This document shows positions 1-7,791 of a DNA stretch of 64,000 nt, one piece after another. The notes under the pieces are model-generated. The model saw only the letters and a list, made by a program, of their open reading frames with translations, did no database searches and had not been told where the DNA came from. Location of the stretch: assembly GCA_964218365.1 (NCBI GenBank), contig CAXPMI010000031.1, positions 9,940 to 73,939 on the forward strand, read 5' to 3'. Position 1 is the first letter of the stretch. The number at the start of each line of letters is the position of its first letter. The position numbers and the translations under genes are program-made. The stretch is from Candidatus Poseidoniaceae archaeon (GTDB lineage Archaea; Thermoplasmatota; Poseidoniia; Poseidoniales; Poseidoniaceae).

Positions 1-378
1 TAACTAGCCAGTTCGATGAACCTAGATTGTCGAGTATGAAAAGATTGTACTCTTCAACTATATCATACAGCAAAGTTCCAGTATGGTGCTTGAGTTGGAT
101 AATTGCCATTCCAGTCGACCGGTAATCGTTAGAATCATCTAGACGTGATTTAGGCAAATCATCGGTTAATGGATCGAATGAGCCAGACTCCAAGTGGATT
201 GTATAATCGAGATCTTTTAATGACGAATGGGATGTCTCAATCGGTTGTATTTCGTGCCAATTTGATGCAGCGATTTCACGTCCGCTAACTTCGACATCAA
301 TTGGATTGTCACTAGCGGTTGACAAAGGTGCAAGGAGAAGTATTGCGAGGATAATAACAGTCCTTCGCTGCGCCAACA
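1..378 (-). CDS. Partial CDS (3' end beyond window start) encoding a secreted hypothetical protein. The N-terminus MLAQRRTVIILAILLLAPLSTASDNPIDVEVSG... is a signal peptide.
   Basis: Hand translation of the minus strand from ATG at 378 to position 1 gives an open frame with no stops. It starts with a basic n-region plus hydrophobic core typical of a signal peptide. It is not in the six-frame track because it has no in-window stop. Confidence 0.5.
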
Positions 379-423
379 TAAATATCCGGAATGCGCATGT
401 GTACTTGAATACAAGCCCCTGCT

Positions 424-439
424 GAGCCCTATAGGGCTC
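424..439 (-). terminator. Perfect 16-bp palindrome GAGCCCTATAGGGCTC overlapping the gap stop codon (hairpin/terminator-like).
   Basis: The sequence is self-complementary. It is a member of a recurring GGGCTC-stem hairpin family at gene ends. Confidence 0.4.
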
Positions 440-1472
440 ATTCAAACATTGATGCAATTGCTTCATCTGTTTTCTGAACTGATACACGCCAATCTGATTC
501 TGTACCCATCAGTGCGCGTATGGCATCAATGTTCTCTGGGATGACATCAGACTCTTGATGAATTGCTTGGAAATAATACAGGTTATTCCCAACCAACTTG
601 ACTCCATCTTCCCATACGAATATCTCATGCAGGTCGCCCCATGTTCTACCCATGTCACGAGCAAATTCCATGACTTCTGCAGTTGTTGTAATTCCAGTCT
701 CGGCACCATTCATTATTACAACACGTGGACAATTTGACCACATTTCTAGAACGCTATCTGTGTTCAAACCATGACCTTCTGGCAATGTAGCAACGATTGA
801 ATGCACGTGCATAATCGTGGTGGGAACAGCCACTGCTAGAGAGTTAATCTTAATCTCAGGTTTTACTGTCATTACATCAGGACCGTGATGACTAGGTACC
901 TTTAGAACAGGCTTGATAGCATTGATGGGCCCTTTCTTGGAATCACCAGGGTCTGCTGCTCTGCGTATCATCGTACACTCAACTGAAAGTTCACCACAAT
1001 GCTCGTACAATGGGACAAGTGTTCTAGACAAACCGGTTGTATTACATGAAACAACTCGCGTTCCCTCTACATTCATGTTTGCTGCATGGTTAGCACAAGA
1101 GGTGTAAGACATTCCTGTCATAGCGTGTTTTTCCCCGCCCTGGAAAATCCATTTAATTCCTGCAGATTGGTACTTTGCCTTATTCTCTGCGCCAAGTTTT
1201 CCGGGAGAACAGTCAATCACAATGTCTGCTACTGAAAGCAAATCAGAAAGACCGCCATGACATTCATATCCTGCACTTGCAAAGGCTGCAATTTTTTCCT
1301 CATCGTCAAAAGTACAATACAATGGATATCCCTTTCTTACCGCTAAGTCACAACCAAAAGCAGGACGAGTTTTTGTAACTCCAATGATTTCCATATCATC
1401 TTGGCAAGCGACTGCGTCGGCAACTCGCTTTCCAATTGTACCGTATCCGTTAATTGCAACCTTGATGGTCAT
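438..1472 (-). CDS. gap: Glyceraldehyde-3-phosphate dehydrogenase, archaeal type II (NAD(P)-dependent).
   Basis: MTIKVAINGYGTIGKRVADAV Rossmann N-terminus and overall similarity to archaeal GAPDH. The track ORF extends to 1541, but the conserved start MTIKVAINGYG maps to 1472. Confidence 0.88.
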   Translation of the reverse strand: MTIKVAINGYGTIGKRVADAVACQDDMEIIGVTKTRPAFGCDLAVRKGYPLYCTFDDEEKIAAFASAGYECHGGLSDLLSVADIVIDCSPGKLGAENKAKYQSAGIKWIFQGGEKHAMTGMSYTSCANHAANMNVEGTRVVSCNTTGLSRTLVPLYEHCGELSVECTMIRRAADPGDSKKGPINAIKPVLKVPSHHGPDVMTVKPEIKINSLAVAVPTTIMHVHSIVATLPEGHGLNTDSVLEMWSNCPRVVIMNGAETGITTTAEVMEFARDMGRTWGDLHEIFVWEDGVKLVGNNLYYFQAIHQESDVIPENIDAIRALMGTESDWRVSVQKTDEAIASMFE

Positions 1473-1579
1473 GTCATTCCCTGTTGGGGGTGCCTTCGCG
1501 GAACTCTCATGAACCTTACTTCGCGAAAATACGGTCTTCAATAGGCAAACTGTTCATCAAATAGAACGCCTCCGGGTGG

Positions 1580-3094
1580 TTGATGGCAACTGTTGAAGAG
1601 GTCGTTGCGAGTTCTATGAGTATTAACTCAAGATTACCCGCCCAGCTTGAAAAAGCACTTGAAAGAAACATAGTTCTTAGAATTGGGTGGACAACAAACG
1701 GCGACCCTGTTCCAAAAGATGGAGAAATGGGACTATGTCCAAATTTGCCTGCAGGATCAAAGGTGAGAAGTCTTGGTTATCTCGGACCGTTCACAGCAGC
1801 ATTTGGACAAGGTGGAACATTCACTCATCAAGGGGATGTTGGTTCTTTCCTAGGGGCCGGAAATAATGGAAATAAAATCACTTGTGAGAGAACTGCTGGC
1901 AATTGTGCAGGATTTGGCCAGCAAAGTGGTCGAATAACTATCCTCGATGGAACTGGAGATGATGCTGGTGCAAGAATGAGTGGAGGCTTGTTGGTGATAA
2001 GAGGAGATTCAGGAATCCGAATCGGAGGAGGAATGTCAGGAGGTGACATAGTTGTCCACGGAGATGTTGGCGGCGACCCAGGTGCCGGTATGACAGGAGG
2101 ACGAATTATCATCAATGGACGTTGCCCAACCCCACCTCCAGGAGTCACTCTTAGAACACTGGATAAAGATGAACTCAAGGAAATTAACAAGGAACTTGGT
2201 GATGACGAGTTACAAGTTCCTGCTGATGCTGTGTGCCTTGTGTCTGATGGCACTGTCGGTGAAGGAATTATGGCAGATTGTAGGGACGACCTTTCTGGAA
2301 TCTCAATCATTCCTATGACAACAAATCACAATCCGAGTTATTCTACATGTGACACAGTAGTGTTACTTGGCGAAGAGGATTCGCTCGCCCTTCCAATCCC
2401 CTTGCTTCCCTATGTTCCCAAGGGAGTTCAAGATGACTTGTTTCACCCTTGCCTTGTCAAGGAAAATCCTAGAGATTGCGACATAGTAATCATTGACTCC
2501 GACAACATTGCTAGCGCTGCGGAGTTAGTCAAATCATCAGCAGGATTTGCGATTGATTTGGACTCACTCCCAAGGCTAGATGGAGCGGCTGTAGATGGCC
2601 TACTTGTAGCGCTAAAATGTACTGCACCTGCAAATTCGAAAGTAATTCTAGTAAGAGGAGTAGGGCAAACTGCATCACTACACACAGACTCGCAACACCA
2701 CGGTGCAGATTGCGCAGTAAGCGTCCTCAATGATGGAAGTGGAATAAGTGCAGCAGCGTCCTTACCGATAGTAGGAAGATCTGCAGCAACCAATTTAGAA
2801 GACGGAACCATTGCATCAATTTGGATACCCTGGTCTGCAACAAGTGAGGATTTAGCTATCCTTTGTGCCTCAAACGTCGCTTTCACAATTTGCCCTGCAC
2901 CGGATGAGAACATTGCCGGATGGATCGCACAAGTCACATCCGGCTTGTCCGCTCATCTAAACAGGCTTGGCTTAGCCTCAATCGATTCACTGACAAGAGG
3001 TAATCTAAGAGCATTCGACCAGGATACTGCGGCTGTAAGTGGTCTTAGATTGGCTGGTTATGACAGGCCTTTACCACACTGGTTCGCAAGGTGA
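1580..3094 (+). CDS. GXGXG-domain protein (glutamate synthase alpha-subunit C-terminal domain / FwdC-like repeats) with a roughly 300-aa C-terminal extension of uncertain identity.
   Basis: Repeats GARMSGGLLVIRGDSGIRIGGGMSGGDIVVHGDVGGDPGAGMTGGRIIING match the GXGXG beta-helix motif of GltB domain 3 / FwdC. The C-terminal part has weak FMN-domain-like GADxxxxxxDGSG only. Confidence 0.55.
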   Translation: MMATVEEVVASSMSINSRLPAQLEKALERNIVLRIGWTTNGDPVPKDGEMGLCPNLPAGSKVRSLGYLGPFTAAFGQGGTFTHQGDVGSFLGAGNNGNKITCERTAGNCAGFGQQSGRITILDGTGDDAGARMSGGLLVIRGDSGIRIGGGMSGGDIVVHGDVGGDPGAGMTGGRIIINGRCPTPPPGVTLRTLDKDELKEINKELGDDELQVPADAVCLVSDGTVGEGIMADCRDDLSGISIIPMTTNHNPSYSTCDTVVLLGEEDSLALPIPLLPYVPKGVQDDLFHPCLVKENPRDCDIVIIDSDNIASAAELVKSSAGFAIDLDSLPRLDGAAVDGLLVALKCTAPANSKVILVRGVGQTASLHTDSQHHGADCAVSVLNDGSGISAAASLPIVGRSAATNLEDGTIASIWIPWSATSEDLAILCASNVAFTICPAPDENIAGWIAQVTSGLSAHLNRLGLASIDSLTRGNLRAFDQDTAAVSGLRLAGYDRPLPHWFAR

Positions 3095-3098
3095 TAAT

Positions 3099-4766
3099 AT
3101 GCCAACGATTAGTGTAGAGCAATCCCTTCTCAGACATCTAGTCGAAGCGAAAGGAAGGAAGCACGATATCGATGACCTAGCATTTCGATTACCGCTCATG
3201 GGCACGGACATAGACAATTGCGATGAAAATAAATTGGATATTGAAATCTTCCCTGACAGGCCAGACTTACTTTCTCCTGAAACTCTATTCCATGGCATGA
3301 TGCCGTTTTTACATGACTCGCCATCAAACCCAAGACTAGCAGTTAACCCAGGTACAATTTCAATGACCGTTTCTCCAGAATTGGCAACAATAAGGCCTGT
3401 AATTCTTGGTGCTGTAGTGAGAGGAGTCGATATTAATGATGAAATCATCAAACGATTGATGGACCATCAAGAAAAGCTCCACTTTGCCCTAGGCAGAGGG
3501 AGGAAGAGAGCATCGATTGGTGTACATGACCTCTCAACAATATCTCCACCTTTCCGAGTTGAGGCCTCATCCAGGAACCTTTCATTCATACCATTGGCAA
3601 TGGATGAGGAAATGACAATTGATGAAATCTTAAAATCACATCCAAAAGGAGTTGATTATGCACATCTACTAGAAGGGATGGATAAAGTCCCCATAATTTA
3701 CGATTCAAATAATGCCGTATTGTCATTCCCACCAATTATCAATGGTGACCATACAACAGTGACTACGAATACACGTGATCTGTTCATTGATGTAACTGGG
3801 CTAGATTTTAGAGCCTGTGAATCAGCCCTAATGCTAGTTTGCTTACAACTATCCGTACTGGGGGGAAAAATCGAATCGGTCAGAGTTAAGACATGTGAAG
3901 GAAAAGAATGGAGTTTAGATGGCTCTCCTGTTAACCATGTAGTTGAGAGAAGTTTGGTCGAAGGAATCCTTGGTAACTCATTCACTGACGATGAAATTGA
4001 CAACGCAATCCGAAGGATGGGAGGAATATACAACGGTGATTCCCGAGGAAATCTCTCAATTTCTATGCCTAGGTGGAGATTTGACATACTTCACCCAATC
4101 GATTTGGTAGAAGAGGTCGCTATTGGACACGGTTATGATGATCTCGCATATGATGTTCCTAAAGCACCCCTAACTGCAATACCCCGTCAAGATGGTCATT
4201 TGCGACGTAGGATTAGAGAAGCTCTTCAAGGCCTTGGTCTAATTCAAATCCAATCTTTAACACTCTCGAATGACAAAGACCAGTTTGAAAACGTGAGATG
4301 GGTGGCGGATGGAGAAATTACTCGCATGACAAACCCAATCACCATTGAGCACACAATTCTAAGACAGAACATACTGCCGGGTTTGTTGAGACTTTTAGCG
4401 GCCAATCGCCATCATGAACTACCGCAAGGAGTGTATGAATTAGGAAGCGTTGTAATCAATCATGAAAATCGGGATAAATTCGCTTTCTTAGTCGCAGAAA
4501 ATTCAGGTGGCTTTGCATCCCTACGTGGTCGCATTCAATCTCTTATGCGAGACCTTGGTTGCAATGACTGGTCACTTGAAACCATAACGAACGGGCCATG
4601 GTTGGCTGGGAGAGCTGCCAAAATTATCGTCAATGGAACAGTTGTTGGTGAGTGTGGAGAGATTGATCCAAACGTTTCTGAAATGTTTGAATTGAATGTT
4701 CCAATGAGTGGCGCACAGTTTGATGTATCAATACTAGGTAGTGTATTGAGTGACCCGGTTCTTTAA
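3099..4766 (+). CDS. pheT: Phenylalanine--tRNA ligase beta subunit (archaeal type).
   Basis: 555 aa, with a B3/4-like and catalytic-like core typical of archaeal PheT. The ATG at 3099 is preceded by GGTGA and lies 4 nt after the upstream stop. The track ORF start at 3039 overlaps the upstream gene. Confidence 0.85.
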   Translation: MPTISVEQSLLRHLVEAKGRKHDIDDLAFRLPLMGTDIDNCDENKLDIEIFPDRPDLLSPETLFHGMMPFLHDSPSNPRLAVNPGTISMTVSPELATIRPVILGAVVRGVDINDEIIKRLMDHQEKLHFALGRGRKRASIGVHDLSTISPPFRVEASSRNLSFIPLAMDEEMTIDEILKSHPKGVDYAHLLEGMDKVPIIYDSNNAVLSFPPIINGDHTTVTTNTRDLFIDVTGLDFRACESALMLVCLQLSVLGGKIESVRVKTCEGKEWSLDGSPVNHVVERSLVEGILGNSFTDDEIDNAIRRMGGIYNGDSRGNLSISMPRWRFDILHPIDLVEEVAIGHGYDDLAYDVPKAPLTAIPRQDGHLRRRIREALQGLGLIQIQSLTLSNDKDQFENVRWVADGEITRMTNPITIEHTILRQNILPGLLRLLAANRHHELPQGVYELGSVVINHENRDKFAFLVAENSGGFASLRGRIQSLMRDLGCNDWSLETITNGPWLAGRAAKIIVNGTVVGECGEIDPNVSEMFELNVPMSGAQFDVSILGSVLSDPVL

Positions 4767-5689
4767 CCAATTAGCAGTTCACTTTCGGAAATTGCAACAT
4801 TTACGGTTTCGTAGTAAACCATGATTTTGAAGCTGCATGGACCATCACAGAGATTGATTTGATTTTCAAACAACTGGATGGTTTCATTGGAATTCCAGTA
4901 GTCTTTTTCTTCGCTATCAGAAACTATCTTACAAGGAGAGGGGACCACTAGGTTTGGGTCGTCTAAAGCTGGAAAATTGGATTCCCCAATTGCTGCAATT
5001 TGCATAGTTGGATACCTGCTTTCATCATTATCATTGTAATAGGTCAGAAAGTTTACTTTGAATATCAATTCATCCTTAGTAAAGACATACACCCCTTCGT
5101 TTGGATTAACTCGATGTACCGACATATCGTATGTGTACCATTCTAATCTTTCAGAAGTATCATTGTTTAGATCTTCTGGAACCTCGCTAACATCAGACAA
5201 TTCTGCGCCTTCAATAAATGCCCAAGAAACCCCCTCTGAGAGATAGATGTCAGTAGATGAAAACTTCATCCAATAATCTGTTCCATTTGATTCCATCTGA
5301 CCTGGTAAGTCAAAATGAGTGTATGATTCAGAATCTGTCGCATCAATCTCTGTTGTAAATGTGAAACCGTCTGCACTTAACTTCGGAGTAACCTTACCGT
5401 CCATGCCTGTAGAGTTGGATTGTGCACCGAACGAACATCCATATGATGTTTCATCGATGATGAGATTAATCTCAAGTGATGACCATGAGAGGTCTTCGGC
5501 ATCTTCATCAAAACTCAGTTCGACGAGTATGTTGTCTTCTCGGTTATCACTCACTGAGTTTTCAGAATTTACTAGTATGACGTTTGATGTGCCTAGTTCT
5601 GACTCATATGTAGCGACCAAATAGGTCCAAACTGCCGCTGCAACAACAACCGTGACTGCTGCTGCAGCGGCTAGTTTTTTCCAATTCAT
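4763..5689 (-). CDS. Hypothetical N-terminally membrane-anchored/secreted acidic protein.
   Basis: N-terminal TM/signal KKLAAAAAVTVVVAAAVWTYL. It starts 7 nt after the stop of the upstream fasciclin gene, so is likely co-transcribed. Confidence 0.6.
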   Translation of the reverse strand: MNWKKLAAAAAVTVVVAAAVWTYLVATYESELGTSNVILVNSENSVSDNREDNILVELSFDEDAEDLSWSSLEINLIIDETSYGCSFGAQSNSTGMDGKVTPKLSADGFTFTTEIDATDSESYTHFDLPGQMESNGTDYWMKFSSTDIYLSEGVSWAFIEGAELSDVSEVPEDLNNDTSERLEWYTYDMSVHRVNPNEGVYVFTKDELIFKVNFLTYYNDNDESRYPTMQIAAIGESNFPALDDPNLVVPSPCKIVSDSEEKDYWNSNETIQLFENQINLCDGPCSFKIMVYYETVNVAISESELLIG

Positions 5690-5695
5690 ATGGTA

Positions 5696-7678
5696 TCACA
5701 GCTCGGTGTCTTGACGCTTTCTTGCGAACAGGACTGCACCTAGTGTTGCAAGAATTGCTGTTAATCCTAGGAAGCCAGGTGTATTATTGTCTTCCTTGTC
5801 ATCCTTGTCCTCATCGACTACTGCTGGTTCAGCTCCACCGTCTCCAACGATAATCTTTCCAAACATCTCTACTCCAATGTGTGGTTCACACGCATAGTAG
5901 AATGTGGTATCTTCATTAAAGGTATGATGGAAATCAACAGTCTTTGCAGCTGCACCGGAATATACTCCATTTTCCACGTAGGTCGTAGACTTCAATCCAG
6001 CGACTTCTTTGACATTGTGAGCCATAGATTCGTCAGTCCACTTCCAGCAAACTGTTTCACCAACTGCAATTGTTGCAGATGCTGGAGTGAATCCATATCC
6101 ATCCGATGTGATTCCGATTGTTGCTGCACAAACAACTTCTGGTTCTTCTGGCTCTGTAGGCTCTTCTGTTGGTGGTATTATCACCTTGTCGATCACGTGG
6201 ATGACACCGTTACTTGCTGGAACGTCTGCAAGCACTACTGTTGCTGCTTCTGCTCCAACTGTCACTACTCCCTCAGCAACGGTAACAGTTAGTTCATCTC
6301 CGTTTGCCGCTGTAACAGTATTAGCACCATCAACTAAGTCAGTTGATGCTATTTCTCCTGCCACGACGTGGTATAGAAGAATATCAGCAAGTGTTGCAAT
6401 TTCTTCATCTGTGGTGAAATCGGCTAGGTTGATTCCTGCTGCAGCGAATGCTTCGTCTGTTGGTGCGAATACTGTGTAGTTATCTTCACCGGAGAGGGTA
6501 TCTACCAATCCTGCAACACCAAGAGCAGCAACAAGTGATGTGTGGATAGATGTTGCTGCCGCTGTCATTGCGATGTTGACAGCTGCAGTCCACATGTAAG
6601 AGTCACACACTGCTTCACTTACGTTTGTTATTTGGTGAGTTACTGTGTTGTAGCATCCTGTGTAGGTTTGACCGTTCATTTCTGTGTTGTTTAGATACAT
6701 GTATCCTTCACATTCTGCTTGGTCTGCACCAGCAACGATTGTGTGGGTTTCCATGTTGTAACAGATTTCCCCTTCTGCTACTTCTGGTGGCATTAGCACC
6801 TTGTCGATAACGTGGATCACACCATTACTTGCTACGACGTCTGCTTGTGTTACAGATGCGTCATTAACAATCACGCCGCCTGGAGTAACTCCAACTCTTA
6901 CCTGCTGTTGATTAAGCATGGTTACGAATAGACCATCACTTAGGTCACCGGACAGCACAGCGCCAATGGTGACGTGATAAGCAAGAATGTTACTTAGAGC
7001 AGCAATGCCATCCTCATCTGTAAAGTCAGAGAGGTTTATTCCTGCGTCGATGAATGCTTGGTCAGTTGGTGCAAATATTGTGTATGGCCCGTCATCAGAT
7101 AGAGGATATAGTAGGCCTGCTTGAATGATTGCGTCAACCAAGACATCGTGCACACCAGTGCTAGATGCAATTGTTGGAATGTCACCGGGGCCGTCTTCGG
7201 GAGGCATCAGAACCTTATCGATGACGTGGATTACTCCGTTGCTAGAAACAACGTCTGCTAGTGTAACAGTGGCGTCGTTTACCGTGACATCATCGCCAAC
7301 TCCAATAGAAACATTGTCACCATTTAGAGTTTCAACACTCATTCCGTCTGTTAGCGCTGAGGACAGCACTTCACCAGAGACAACGTGGTATGTCAGGATA
7401 TCGACTAAAGTCTGGTTTGCTTCATCGGTATCGAAGTCTGCCAAATCAATTCCTGCATCACTGAATGCCTGGTCTGTTGGTGCGAAAACTGTGAAAGGTC
7501 CGTCACCGGATAGTATGTCTACTAATTCAGCGTGGGCGAGTGCAGCGACCAAGGAATTGTGGTTGCCGGTTTCCGATGCATTTGTTGGTATGTCTTTGGT
7601 TTCATCTGCTGATACTGAAAGCGGTATAGCCGACAACAGCAGCAGGGCAATTAGTGTGGTTGCGAGTCTTCTCTGCAT
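5696..7678 (-). CDS. Secreted surface protein with three fasciclin (FAS1) domains, a Cys-rich linker, a plastocyanin-like type-1 copper (cupredoxin) domain and a PGF-CTERM archaeosortase sorting signal.
   Basis: Three repeats of TVFAPTDxAF...SNGVIHVIDKVLMPP (FAS1). YYACEPHIGVEM is the C-x-x-H-x4-M blue-copper ligand motif, with an upstream His in ESMAHNV. The C-terminus TPGFLGLTAILATLGAVLFARKRQ is a PGF motif plus TM plus basic tail. A signal peptide starts at MQRRLATTLIALLLLSAIPLSVSA (7678); the track ORF start is 7744. Confidence 0.85.
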   Translation of the reverse strand: MQRRLATTLIALLLLSAIPLSVSADETKDIPTNASETGNHNSLVAALAHAELVDILSGDGPFTVFAPTDQAFSDAGIDLADFDTDEANQTLVDILTYHVVSGEVLSSALTDGMSVETLNGDNVSIGVGDDVTVNDATVTLADVVSSNGVIHVIDKVLMPPEDGPGDIPTIASSTGVHDVLVDAIIQAGLLYPLSDDGPYTIFAPTDQAFIDAGINLSDFTDEDGIAALSNILAYHVTIGAVLSGDLSDGLFVTMLNQQQVRVGVTPGGVIVNDASVTQADVVASNGVIHVIDKVLMPPEVAEGEICYNMETHTIVAGADQAECEGYMYLNNTEMNGQTYTGCYNTVTHQITNVSEAVCDSYMWTAAVNIAMTAAATSIHTSLVAALGVAGLVDTLSGEDNYTVFAPTDEAFAAAGINLADFTTDEEIATLADILLYHVVAGEIASTDLVDGANTVTAANGDELTVTVAEGVVTVGAEAATVVLADVPASNGVIHVIDKVIIPPTEEPTEPEEPEVVCAATIGITSDGYGFTPASATIAVGETVCWKWTDESMAHNVKEVAGLKSTTYVENGVYSGAAAKTVDFHHTFNEDTTFYYACEPHIGVEMFGKIIVGDGGAEPAVVDEDKDDKEDNNTPGFLGLTAILATLGAVLFARKRQDTEL

Positions 7679-7791
7679 TGCGCCGCAACGAATTGCATTA
7701 GTATATACCATTTTGTTTCGATACGCACAGAGAAACCGCAACACGTAGCATAAATGCGCTCCATTATTATGTATGAAGCCCTACAAAGCAT

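Noticed and set aside
217-441. 74-aa minus-strand ORF from the track.
   Set aside because: It overlaps the better-supported partial signal-peptide CDS at 1-378 (different frame) and the gap stop hairpin. The protein is low-complexity with no features.
509-1378. Short ORFs on both strands inside the gap gene (509-709, 555-737, 913-1107, 1175-1378).
   Set aside because: They lie antisense or out-of-frame within a strongly supported conserved gene, so are presumed spurious.
1828-2310. 160-aa Pro/Ser-rich antisense ORF inside the GXGXG gene.
   Set aside because: It is a typical antisense artefact of Gly-codon-rich (GGN) sense sequence. Its reverse complement gives a Pro/Ser-rich open frame.
5879-7748. 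Several plus-strand ORFs (137, 130, 61 and 207 aa) antisense to the fasciclin gene.
   Set aside because: They are Ser/Thr/Val-rich mirror images of the Thr/Val/Asp-rich sense strand, and the sense gene has clear domain signatures.
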